Positions 11,363-21,831 of a stretch of 42,033 nucleotides of DNA are shown piece by piece. The position numbers and the translations under genes are program-made. The notes beneath the pieces were generated by a model. The model worked only from the letters and a program-made list of their open reading frames with translations. It ran no database searches and was not told the DNA's origin. The DNA lies in NCBI GenBank assembly GCA_040285855.1, contig JAUFOQ010000017.1, positions 1,798,001-1,840,033 on the forward strand, read 5' to 3'. Position 1 is the first letter of the stretch. Each line of letters begins with the position of its first letter. Source of the stretch: Eukaryota sp. GEM-RC1. Lineage: Eukaryota.

Positions 11363-13759
11363 CAACTGGTTATTTGGAATCTGTACAACTTCCCGATAGG
11401 ACTGGTAACGATGCGTTTACCTTACTTCCAAGAAACGAAGTAGCCCTTGATTCCACATTTGTAAAACTGGAAGATTCCTTTGATACACATTTGTTATTAA
11501 CAAGTAGTTCGGTTTTCTGGGCAAATAAAGATGCCTTCAGCTTCTCAGATGCTGAAATGCACAGTTATGCTACGGGTGGATTCAAATTTGGTGTAATTCC
11601 AAATGATATTCATTCACGACTCGTGGTTGCAAAGACTTCGTTACATATTGTGACGGTTTCAAAATCTCAAATCAAAGTAGATTTTCTGTTAAGACCACAG
11701 GGGTGGTTGAAAGGACCTAAGCCATATGATTGTATTGTTGATGCATGTGGAATATATGGTCATCCCAAAGTCATCATTTTTGTGACTAGAAAGAATCGTA
11801 TTGGTTTCTTTAATACTGATAATCGAGCCGCGCCTGTCTTTTTTTAATGATCGTTTTAAACGTAACTGGGATGCAGGTATTATCAAAATTTTTCCTTCTC
11901 TCAAAAAGCCAGAGATTTATTTTGTTACTGGAAAAGGATCTATTATTACATTGTATTGGCAAGATACAGTTCCTCCTACTACTTCTTCTGCTTCTACTGT
12001 CTACTGCTTCTACTGTCTACTGTCCAGCTTCTACTGTTTACTGCTTCTACTGTCTACTGCTTCTACTGCTTCTACTGCTTCTACTGCTTCTACTGTCTAC
12101 TGCTTCTACTGTCTACTGCTTCTACTGTCTACTGCTTCTACTGCTTTGTATAGTACAGAACCTATTGCGTCATGGAAGGCTCAAAAATTTGTTTTCAAAG
12201 ACCTGTACCTAACATAGCTGGTAAATTTACCTTTGTACAACTTGTCGTTCAACAGTGTGTAATTATACCGGCGACAACTCATATTGTTGCTCGTTGTCTT
12301 CTCAATGGCTCATATTATCTTATGATTCTTGATCTTACAGATCACAAATCCAGTTCAATTTTGGACAAAATCAATAGTGATAGTCCATTTGACGTTTCGT
12401 CTGATGGATTATTTGTTATTTATGTTAAAGAGTCAATGATTAAACTCCTTAATCTACCTTTATACAATGAGTCATCTTATGAAGACAGCGTAGAAAATGG
12501 TACCGAAAATGGAAAATATACGCAACACCAACTTGATGAAAGAATTGTTGCAATACTTTTGCCTGGTCACTATGTTAGGGGATGCTTGGTAATGACGGAA
12601 AAGTTTATATACGAACTTGAAATGTCTGGAGTCAGGCGGACTTTAACTAGTCAAACAAGAGGATTAAAAGATATTGTAACCTTATGTGACAGTATCATTT
12701 ACATTACTGATTACACCGTCAGTGTGACAGATATTCAATTTCATGCTGACTTGCAACGTGAACCAAAAGATAGACCAAGAAAGCTCTTCACCAAACTTCA
12801 TGCTTACAAAGAAGGTTTTGTTTTGGTTTTAAGCGAGTCATCCGTAGATCTCATAAGAACTGATGGTGAAAGCAATGTTATACATCGTCTTGAATCTGTC
12901 TATGATTTTTACCCTACAAGTGAGAAAATTAGTCTGGTAGACTGTATTTTCATTGAAGCATTTGCATTATTTTTGTGTATCACAAATGATGGAACGTGTA
13001 TAGGTATAAGTGCAAAACAAAAAGAAATCTCATTTTGTATATCTACGGGCATATCAACTATTTTTTTCTCATACTTCAATGACAATTGGAATTGTTGATG
13101 TGTCAGGAGAAGTGATGACTTTGTGTCGTTCTGGTGGTGATACAACTTTGGAACAAATTGATTTCCAATCATGTTGTAGAAGTTTGGATAAATCATCAAA
13201 CCCAAACAAACTATCACCAGCTGAAGGACCTCCTATTCAACTGAAAGGAAAAAAGTTCAACCTTGTTCATTGCAAATTTGCGGATATCAATTCAATTTTG
13301 AAAAGGTTATTACATGGTATCCTCCAAACAAGGATGTTACCCCATGAAAAAATTGCTGTATTGTTTAAATCTAGACAAGATGTACTGACGTATCGCAGTT
13401 TGTTTAGTGAAGAAACCAAGAACGGTACCATTAATGCCCTCCAATTTGCCAGTAGCAAAACCAAACCTGTCAATCAAAGTGCTTATAATTTCACAATGAA
13501 CCACTTCAACACGAAACCAAACTCGGTATTGTTTGCTAATTGGGGAATTTTGGAAAAATTTTCCGAATTTAGGTGTCAGATATCAATTATTATTGATCTT
13601 CCAGATACGCCATCAACATTTCCTTTTATTCAACAAAGAACTGAGAACGCACTGTTTGTTATCATGGATAACAAACAACCCCAAAGCAAAAAGTGGAATA
13701 CTTTCCACGAGTTTTTGAGGCAAAATCTTACAGATGTGGAATACAAAATGAGGGAATAG
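11363..13759 (+). CDS. Putative beta-propeller protein with C-terminal degenerate SF2 helicase-C (RecA2)-like domain; frameshifted
   Basis: Overlapping ORFs 11374-11847, 11801-12217, 12172-13098 and 13010-13759. Repeating short beta-strand pattern (e.g. FDVSSDGLFVIYV). C-terminal KIAVLFKSRQDV..MNHF....SVLFAN..IIIDLPDTPSTF resembles helicase motifs IV/V without motif VI. Confidence 0.5.
11984..12144 (+). repeat. Low-complexity CTACTGCTT/CTACTGT tandem repeat
   Basis: Directly visible mixed 7/9-bp units inside the beta-propeller gene. Confidence 0.9.
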
Positions 13760-14179
13760 TCTTTATTCATTTTTTCGTTCTTTATAAATTTTTTGTTCTT
13801 AGTTTTTATGGTTAATTCTACACCTCAGACAGTGACTTACTTGATCCTATTTATATGTACATCTATTTTTATCACTACTCACAGTACTTAGATAAATCTT
13901 ACATGCAGTCTTTATAACTTTTAACATACTGTAGGTTAGTAAATTGACATCAATGTTGGTTTGTTTCAATCCATACAGTACAGTACTATGTTTGTGTATA
14001 CATGATGTCATTAGAATTATTCGTTCATCACATGTCGTTAAAATAAATTGAATGTATGTCAGGTGTATTGTCAAATTGAAGATGTCGCAAAAAGTCAACT
14101 GTAGTCCAGATCAGTTTACAGATACTCTTCATCATTACTCTCGCATACATGTTTAGCGGGATGAGGTCCTCTCGCTCTC

Positions 14180-14551
14180 CCCCTCCGTGTCAATTCCTCT
14201 CCAATGAACTACACACACATACTTAAAAATAAGAGCTATGCCGTGTGTGGTTCTTCTCTCGCTGATGGTACAGTTTCTCCCCTCCGTGTCAATTCCTCTC
14301 CAATGAACTACACACACATACTTAAAAATAAGAGCTATGCCGTGTGTGGTTCTTCTCTCGCTGATGGTACAGTTTCTCCCCTCCGTGTCAATTCCTCTCC
14401 AATGAACTACACACACATACTTAAAAATAAGAGCTATGCCGTGTGTGGTTCTTCTCTCGCTGATAGTACAGTTTCTCCTCTCCGTGTCAATTCCTCTCCA
14501 ATGAACTACACACACATACTTAAAAATAAGAGCTATGCCGTGTGAGGTTCT
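14180..14551 (+). repeat. 99-bp tandem repeat, ~3.7 near-identical copies (33-aa unit MNYTHILKNKSYAVCGSSLADGTVSPLRVNSSP)
   Basis: ATGs at 14204, 14303, 14402 and 14501. Same frame as the downstream Ulp1 ORF, separated only by a TGT>TGA change at 14543. Confidence 0.93.
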
Positions 14552-14635
14552 CCCTCGCGAAGTGTTTTAGACCTCTCTTGTACAGTTTTCTCCTCCCGTC
14601 TCCCATTCAAAGAAGATCTCACCATTGATGGTGAC

Positions 14636-15940
14636 GTGGAATTCAATCCAGGGCCAGTTTCTCAAGAAGCTTTAGATTGTTTGCAACCTGATCATTTGGT
14701 AGATGATGAAGTCTTTGTTGAGTTTTCTAGATCGATATTTCAAACATATTGCAAACCACAAGCATCTAGTGTTGATTTCGATGATCTTTTTATTCAACCT
14801 GTTCTGTTAAAAGGATACAATCTTTTTCCTGATTTATCGTTAGATGTTTTTATCAATGACAAAGTCAATGTCACTAAGGAAAAAGGATACAACTATCTCA
14901 TAATCCCACTAAATGATTCCATGACAGAACCGGCCAATGAAGGAACTCACTGGGGGCTAGTTATTGTCGATTGTGTGCGTTTGGAAGGTATATTTATTGA
15001 TCCAAAGTGTGATTCAGATTCTTCAATTGAATCTTCGTCTTTGAAACAGATATTCAATATAGTTGAAACAACTTTTGGAACTTATAATCTCAAACCAGTT
15101 CCTGTTGCATCCAAGCAAACTTTAAACGATGGTGGAATTTATGTCCTAAAATATATAGAGAAATTTATTGAACTATTGTCACAATTACGAACAATCCCTG
15201 GGCTGTATTTGGAATCCAAATTGCTTGAAATTGCCAACATTAACACTGTAGAAGTTCGACAAGAGATTCAGAACCGTTTGAGTCGAACAGAGACTAAACC
15301 CAAAAAAGTTGTTTCTGATGAGACTTTGACCTCTGTGGAACCGGAATAACTGGGTCGATGATGAAGTTATACGACTATATTGTAAGAAATTATTTGAAAT
15401 TTATGGTTACGATTGGACTTCTTTTATCCCCCCTTCAGTGATGAAGTATTACATTACTAGTAACAATCTGTTTTCTTTTCTACTTGATAAAACTCTCGAA
15501 TGTTTAAAGCGAGGCAACAGATTTCTTATTGCTCCGTTGAATGATGGATTTACAGAACCAGCACAATCTGGTATTCATTGGGGTTTGATTATCATTGATT
15601 GCCAAATCAGGAACTGGATGTTTATTGACCCATATTACGATACTCGTGATTTTGCACAGGATGGAAATATTATCAAGACTTCTCTGCTGACAAATGTCCT
15701 TTCTATAGTAGTATCAGTTCTTAGCATTCTTGAATTCGAACCAATTGTTTTTCCTGTTATGCGAAAGCAGACGCCCAATGATTGTGGAATCTATGTTATA
15801 GAGTATATTCACCAATTCTTGAACAATCTAAGTGAACTTCCAAGCATGTCTCATGCTGAATCGTTGTTGCTTAATATGGAAATTGATGCTCTTGCTGTTC
15901 GAAACGAAATCTACTCGTATCTTGAATCACTTAATCCACT
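14636..15940 (+). CDS. Two tandem Ulp1/C48 (SENP8/NEDP1-like) cysteine protease domains; first lacks catalytic Cys
   Basis: Domain 1: IIPLND..GTHWGLVIVD..FIDP..KQTLNDGGIYV (Cys>Gly, codon 15131-15133). Domain 2: NWVDDEVI..IAPLND..GIHWGLIIID..FIDP..KQTPNDCGIYV (Cys 15783-15785). Linked by one frameshift at ~15344. Confidence 0.88.
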
Positions 15941-16249
15941 AGAGGAAGAAGAAGAAGAAGAAGAGACTGAAGAAGAAGAAGAACAGCTATTGTCCAAAGA
16001 ATTGTCTATTAGGTTAACAGACCTACCACCAAAATTACAAGCATCTATTTCTTTATATCCACCGTCAATGCAAAAAGACCTACTTATCATGGAAGAAAGT
16101 CTACACACCGAACCTGTAAAAGAAGTTGTTTCTGTAGACACCTTAGTCTCCTTATCTAAAAAAAGAACTACATAAACCTCAAAAAAGTGGAATTACTCCT
16201 CCATTTAAGAAATCGAATCTATCAGAATTAACAGAAACAGAAGAAGTCC

Positions 16250-17200
16250 CAACATTTTGTTTAATTGATTTTAAAACCATGATTACTGATGCAAAACGAC
16301 TCAATCCAAGAATTCTCCAATCAACTAAAACAGTATTGCCTAAAAAAAGTGTCGACTCTGATGATATTGAAGATGACTCTGAGGAACCAGAGGATGCTGA
16401 TATACCTAAAATCAAAGAAGAAGTTGAAGCATCGAGAGCAGAACTGTTTGCAAATCTTTTGGATAAAGAAGACAAAATAATCTTTATCAGTCTCAAATTT
16501 ATCTATGCTAATTTCACTTCAACTGTTATTTTTAGTAAAAAGGACATAAACAATACTTTTGAAAATGCCGAAATAATTGTTTGTGCTTCAGAAGAAGCCA
16601 TGATTGGGGAACTTATCCAAGTTTTATGCCAAACAAAACCCAGATTGTTGATTGGATATAACACTGATGAACTTTTGTTTCCTTTTTGATTAAACGGTGT
16701 GAACTGTTTAAGATTCAGACCAATTTTCATTTAGATAATCCATACAGACCCTATGTACCCAACTGGTTTCATAGATGGTGTAAGCTTTGCAATTTTGGAC
16801 CCTTTGTTTCTCTAGACTTGGCAAATGTTACAAAGTCTACTTATGTCTTCAAAGGTGGTAGAAGTTTGGAAAATGTTTGTTCAAAATTGTTTCGTAAACA
16901 TGTACCCAATTTAATTTTATCGTCATTAGAATTAACTACGTACTTCACAGAATTTCGAAAAGTAGTACCAGGCATAACCGTTAACAAGGAAATAGAGAAA
17001 GAGTTTAACCTACTCGCACACAACAAGCAAACCTTCAAATTGTGGACTGATAACGTAAAAGTAATTACTCTGGTTGATGATTTACTTCAACGAATTAACT
17101 GTCTAACTGAATTACATGAATATTTCTTTGATGCAGAAACTCAACATGTTCTAGAGCGCCATCCAATTAAAGTGGTGAAAAAGGGATTGGAGAAAGTTAT
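16250..17200 (+). CDS. Family-B DNA polymerase 3'-5' exonuclease-like domain, probably inactive; no polymerase domain
   Basis: FCLIDFKT (ExoI-like), DKIIFISL, SEEAMIGELIQVLCQTKPRLLIGYN....FPF/LIKRC (ExoII-like, lacking Asp), VSLDL..RSLENVCSKLF. No palm motifs (DFxSLYPS, YGDTDS) follow. Confidence 0.72.
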
Positions 17201-17559
17201 TAAAGATCAGGATAATATTGTCTTAATTAAAGACTGTGTTATCCGAAATCAAAGAGCAACAGTAAGGGGTTCTAATTTTTGAAACATCTCCTTATTTGTG
17301 AGTTTGAAACACGTGGATGTGAATTAAATTTGATGAATTCTCATTACTTTCGTCCATATCTCTTAGAATCTTCTGTTTCGGAATCAAAAGAACGAGATTT
17401 AATGTATGAACATGATTTTTTGAGAAACGACTTCGTGAAATGGAGTTAATGAATGAACATGATTTTGATTCGTATCCATCAGAACTTTCTGATTTGTTGG
17501 CATTAAATGAACGTAAATTAATGAAGAGCCATGATACAATGCCTGATTCTGATGATGCA

Positions 17560-20140
17560 TCTGTTTTCCCCTACACTAAGTTTTCAGTAGTCTTACCAGA
17601 TTTGCAAAAAACTGCTTAAACACGATTCTATTAGACAAGTATTGAGACGGATGTATGTGAAGAAATCAACTGGAATTACACAGTCAGAATTAGAAATGTC
17701 AATAGCAGAGGCTCAAAAGTGATTGACGATTTCCAAAAATCTTCAAGACTAGAAATGAACGAAAAGAAAAAATTGCATTTCACTACTTGAACAACTTTTC
17801 TCCACTGCTACAGCAGTTATCTACTGAAATTGGATCCAATCAAATATCTTTTCCTGACTCAACGTCAATGTCTTCCATATTTCATTACACTGCCAAACGA
17901 ATTTCTACAAATTATGCCAACAATATGGTCAAAAACTTTCATGATTATGTATTCAGATTCTTTAATCTGGTAACAAGAAAGAAGGTCAGACTTGAACAAA
18001 TCAATGATCAAGTTGATAAGAAAGTATTGATTTCGAAATTGAATTCAGTCAGAGATTCGATTATTAATGGAAATTTTGATGACATTCCAATTACAGATCA
18101 CGAGATTTTCCCTAATCAACATGAAGAACTAACGTTGAGGTTTTTTGCGTATTTAAAATTTTCTTTGTTTCCAATGTTTTCAAAAAGAACATTTACTATT
18201 TACAGAAAGCAAAGCCGACAGAGTTAATTTCTCATGCTTTGTACATCAACCGAACTATACAATCTTTGTGTTTGGTTGATGGAAAACTAATCAGTGTAAA
18301 CAACCTTTTCCAATGACGAAGACATTGATTCCTCAGCATATTCGTTTGGACACAGGTTGGATGAATGATAGATTTGTCCATATACGTGGCAAAAATGCAG
18401 ATGAAATAAGAAAAAAGGTCTTTGATCAGGTCCTTACTGACAAAGCTGTGGCACCAACAAAATCATTTGTCTTTAGATATTCTTCAATTCTGACAGATGG
18501 AATTTCTTATTGTTTGGTTTTAATGAGGAAAGATTTGGTTGATGAAGATGGAAATACTTTCAAAGATTTTACTGCTAAATCTCTCGGAACTTCGGAAAGA
18601 TACATTCACTCTTTATCAAATGAGAATATTCACGAATTACAATTGAAAGAAAAAAAGAATTGTCGGTATTGATCCCAATGAATATGATTTAATGTATTGT
18701 GTTTCAGAAAAGACAGTCGATGAGCTTAAAGAAGAAGATATTTCAGAAAAAATCCATTCAAAAACGATTACCCTCAGAAATCAGAAGTAAGAAAAGAGGA
18801 GGAATTAAGAAAAGAAAGAAACAATTACAAGATTGGAAAAATTCGAATAATGATGTAAAAATCAAAGAAAAAGGCTAAGCACAAATGGAAGAAGTTTAAC
18901 TACACAGCTGGAGAAAGAGCTTACGATAGAAAATCTAAAAAATATCGTAAATCTGAAAATAAGAAACTGAAAGAATTTTCTATTGAATCACCAGATGAAA
19001 CTGTCACTGAAAGGCAACGCAGAGATTTTTCTGTTGATTCACAAGAGCAAACTCTTACTGATGAACTTCCAGATTTTCCTTCAGAATTGCCAGATGAAAC
19101 TCAACTTCAAGATTTTTTGGTTCCCAATCCTAACGAGATACTTGTAACAGGCAGAGATGTCGTTAACCAATTCTCCAGTGCTGTATCAAATGGGGAAAGA
19201 AAGTCGTGTTTCAGCGACACATTTGAAACATATATTAAAGAAGCTGAACGATATAATGTATATTTGAGTTCTTTCTACGAAGATGACTGGTTTAGAAAGA
19301 GGAAATTCCAAATTTATTCTAATAACCAACGTTCGGAAAAAAACATGCTGGAACGCTTCAATTTAACATATGGACCTCCAGAAGACGTTGTCATTGGCTA
19401 TGGGGATTGGAGCTCAAAAGGTAAAACAAGAAAGGGCAAAACCTCTACTGTTAGAGGAGTAGAAATCCGTAAAATGTTAAGAAGATATGGATACCAAATA
19501 TTTCTTGTTGATGAATACAGAACAAGCAAGTGTTGTTCCAAATGTGCTAAGGAAAAATCAACTTTCGTAGAGTGTGAAAATGTTTCAGAACTAAAGGTTC
19601 TTGGTCCCAAAGGTAAGAGACAGCTAAGAAGGAAGAAGAGAAAGTTAAGAAGAGAAATTTTGCTCAAAAACAAACAAGATCCTATAAACCAACGGGATTT
19701 TGGAAGCAGAGTGGGAGGTGAAGCAGAAGTCATTGGAAGAAGAAGCTAAATCCACACCCTGGGGACTGGTAAAGTGCTCAGGTGCTAAGTGTGGTACTTA
19801 TTGGAATAGAGACCTAAATTCTACCATTAATATCTATTCCATCATTGAAGCAACGATCAATGGTCAAGGTAGGCCATCCGCTCTCGAGAGATCTAAAACT
19901 CAAACAACAGATCTCGAGAGTGGTAAGGATACTTTGGCGAGAGACCAGAAGAAGAAGAAGAAGACTGCGACCAAGAAGGAGAAAACTTCAACAGGAAAGA
20001 CTCGTAAGAAAACAACATGTGGAAATTGTGGCCAAGAAGGTCATAACAAAACGTCATGCAAGAATCCACCAAAAGAAATGGGTTCGCCTGAAAGAAGAAG
20101 CGTAAAGTCAGTCAAGAAGAAGAAGGTCTCTCGTAAATAA
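17560..20140 (+). CDS. Fanzor1 (eukaryotic TnpB-family) RNA-guided nuclease with C-terminal CCHC zinc knuckle
   Basis: Fanzor1-type blocks HYTAKRISTNYANNMVKNFHDYV, FPMTKTLIPQHIRLDT, ILTDGIS; RuvC-I IVGIDP (D codon 18671), VIGYGDW, LVDEYRTSKCCSKC (E 19513), C...KC..YWNRDLNSTINI (D 19811); tail CGNCGQEGHNKTSC. Frame breaks fall in A/T homopolymers. Confidence 0.93.
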
Positions 20141-20275
20141 CTTTAGTGTACTTTTAACGGTACACAGCGCAGTGGGCTTAGCTCACTGGGTGTCTGTGGT
20201 TTCGATACTCTAATCAAAATGAAAATTAACAAAGTTGTGTACTTTGGGAATATCCATTTGAGTTGAGAACCACAG
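20141..20275 (+). ncRNA. Putative Fanzor omegaRNA scaffold
   Basis: Hairpins GTGTAC/GTACAC (20146-20165) and CAGTGGGC/GCTCACTG (20170-20188); long stem CTGTGGTT (20194-20201)/AACCACAG (20268-20275) enclosing CAAAGT/ACTTTG (20230-20246). The last stem closes exactly at the element boundary. The 5' end may extend into the ORF. Confidence 0.68.
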
Positions 20276-21129
20276 CTCCGTTTGATAATGATTTTAATGT
20301 TCAATCATAGAATAAATATTAGGTTAGGGATTTTTTTTTAGGGTTAGGGATTTTCCAGTCAGATTGAAATTGTTGATAGAGTCTTGCTTGGCACATGATC
20401 CCAAAGATCGACCTCATGTGTCTGACATAATAGTGGCACTTAAAGAAGTTGAATTACCTGGAGATCCTGAAGAGTCTGTGAATAATGTTGACAGTTTAAA
20501 GGAAGAATTACTACATTATAAAGAACAAACTGAATACTTCAAGGATCATCTTCGATCTGTCGATGCATTGCAGCGTGAAAATGAAAACCTTAAATCAAAA
20601 CTCACGATCTTAAATAATTTGATTAATCCTTCTGATTCTCCATCTCTGCCTGTTTCTATTTGTTTCTCACAAACTCAAAAATCGTCTTTCTTCTCCATTT
20701 CTGATGATAAATTGACTCTAACAAACACTACTTATGCCGTTAGATGGAGAAATGCCCTTGGAGATCACCCTCTTACGCCAAAGAAGGTGTACACGTGGAG
20801 GGTCAAGTATAAGGGTCATACCAGTCGATTGTGTGTTGGTGTCGTTGATGAAAGAAAGTTTAATGAAGACGGGTGGTGCAGAGGATCAGCACATTGCTTT
20901 AGAAATTGCAATTCAGTGTATGGAAATTTGACTGGGCAAGGGGATGTTTGGAATGCAGATGAGGTTTTGGAAATCGTTGCTGATATGAGAACAAACTTCT
21001 TTACAATACAATCAATTGACTGTAATAAGATTAATTTGTCTTGTAAGCTGCCATTGTTAAAAAGATCGGGAGTATTATCCTTATTTTGCTTCCGGTTGGA
21101 GTGGGCATGTGATTGAATTGGTCACGTGA
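20276..21129 (+). pseudogene. RING-kinase 3' part: kinase subdomains X-XI, coiled coil, SPRY/B30.2-like domain
   Basis: PFDNDF|PVRLKLLIESCLAHDPKDRP, coiled coil, then FSISDDKLTL..YTWRVKY..LCVGVVD..VLEIVADM. A late frameshift (~21060) gives YYPYFASGWSGHVIELVT* ending at 21129. Confidence 0.88.
20296..20354 (+). other. 59-bp insertion containing telomeric repeats
   Basis: AATGTTCAATCATAGAATAAATATTAGGTTAGGGATTTTTTTTTAGGGTTAGGGATTTT. GATTTT is repeated at 20290-20295 and 20349-20354; removal restores the kinase frame GAT TTT CCA GTC. Confidence 0.75.
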
Positions 21130-21831
21130 TTGAAAAGAGCACTTGTTCTGTGATGGGGTATTGCCAACGACCTGACTGATGGAATAAGTTCAAATTATTG
21201 GCAAAGTTTTGTATTTTGAATGGCTGAATTTTAAAAAGATTTAATTCTTTTGAAGACGCCGAATTGTATACTTCTGTTTCTTTCAAGATTGCATGTACAA
21301 TCAAATCTGCCTTTTGAACATCTACTCTGCCTCAGTTCTGAATGTAGAACCGTGCTAAACGTAGATTTATCCTGTCTTTCTCTTTCTAGTAAATTTACGA
21401 ATTGTGACGTCAGTATGACTTAACAGTCACATTGTAATGTGGGGGATTCTAGTTTCCTGTATTGTTACCACAGAGTCACAACTTCAAACCCTTTTATGTG
21501 TTTGTTAGTTGTCATTTTTCTAAAGTTGACTTGTTTACAAACTTCTTGACTGTTGAATGAAGCTGTAGAGATCTAAATGACTCTTTCCAAAATATTGCTG
21601 ATTCATTACTGTACTTTTTAGTCACAGTTTTGATGGAAATCCAAACACACAATCCAAAAATGGCATTTGTACCGTACATCAAAAGGAATTGTTCCAGATT
21701 TGGTTTAAGATCAAGTACACAGTAATTGCAGGGATAATGATTCAGTTGTTTCTATGAAACCTGACAGAATTTGGATATTCAACACGTGTTGGGCTTTTGA
21801 AGACGATTCTCTCGTTACATCTGTTCTCAAG

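Larger units (their letters stand above)
3219..20275. mobile_element. ~17 kb composite insertion (Fanzor-, PIF1- and Ulp1-carrying giant element) inside the kinase gene
   Basis: Flanked by direct repeat CTCCGTT (3212-3218 and 20276-20282). Excision rejoins the kinase as GNLPP|FDNDF. An 11-bp asymmetric inverted repeat TTTTCATTTTG (3220-3230) / CAAAATGAAAA (20215-20225) is present. No transposase recognised. Confidence 0.85.

Noticed and set aside
11847..12212. Poly-Leu/Cys-rich ORFs
   Set aside because: Alternative frames of the CTACTG repeat.
8030..14545. TGA reassignment suggested by in-frame TGAs at 8030 and 14543
   Set aside because: CSL4 and the kinase appear to end at TGA, and conserved Trp/Cys use standard codons; point mutation or error is simpler.
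14180..14551. CRISPR-like array near an RNA-guided nuclease
   Set aside because: Units are contiguous and near-identical with no unique spacers.
3219..20275. Polinton/Maverick or canonical Helitron assignment
   Set aside because: No protein-primed PolB palm, integrase, packaging ATPase, jelly-roll capsid or long TIRs; no HUH Rep fused to PIF1 and no TC..CTRR termini.
20299..20347. The 59-bp insert as an intron
   Set aside because: The GT at 20299 with the distal AGs gives a stop (20341) or the wrong frame (20347), whereas removal between the GATTTT repeats restores the frame.
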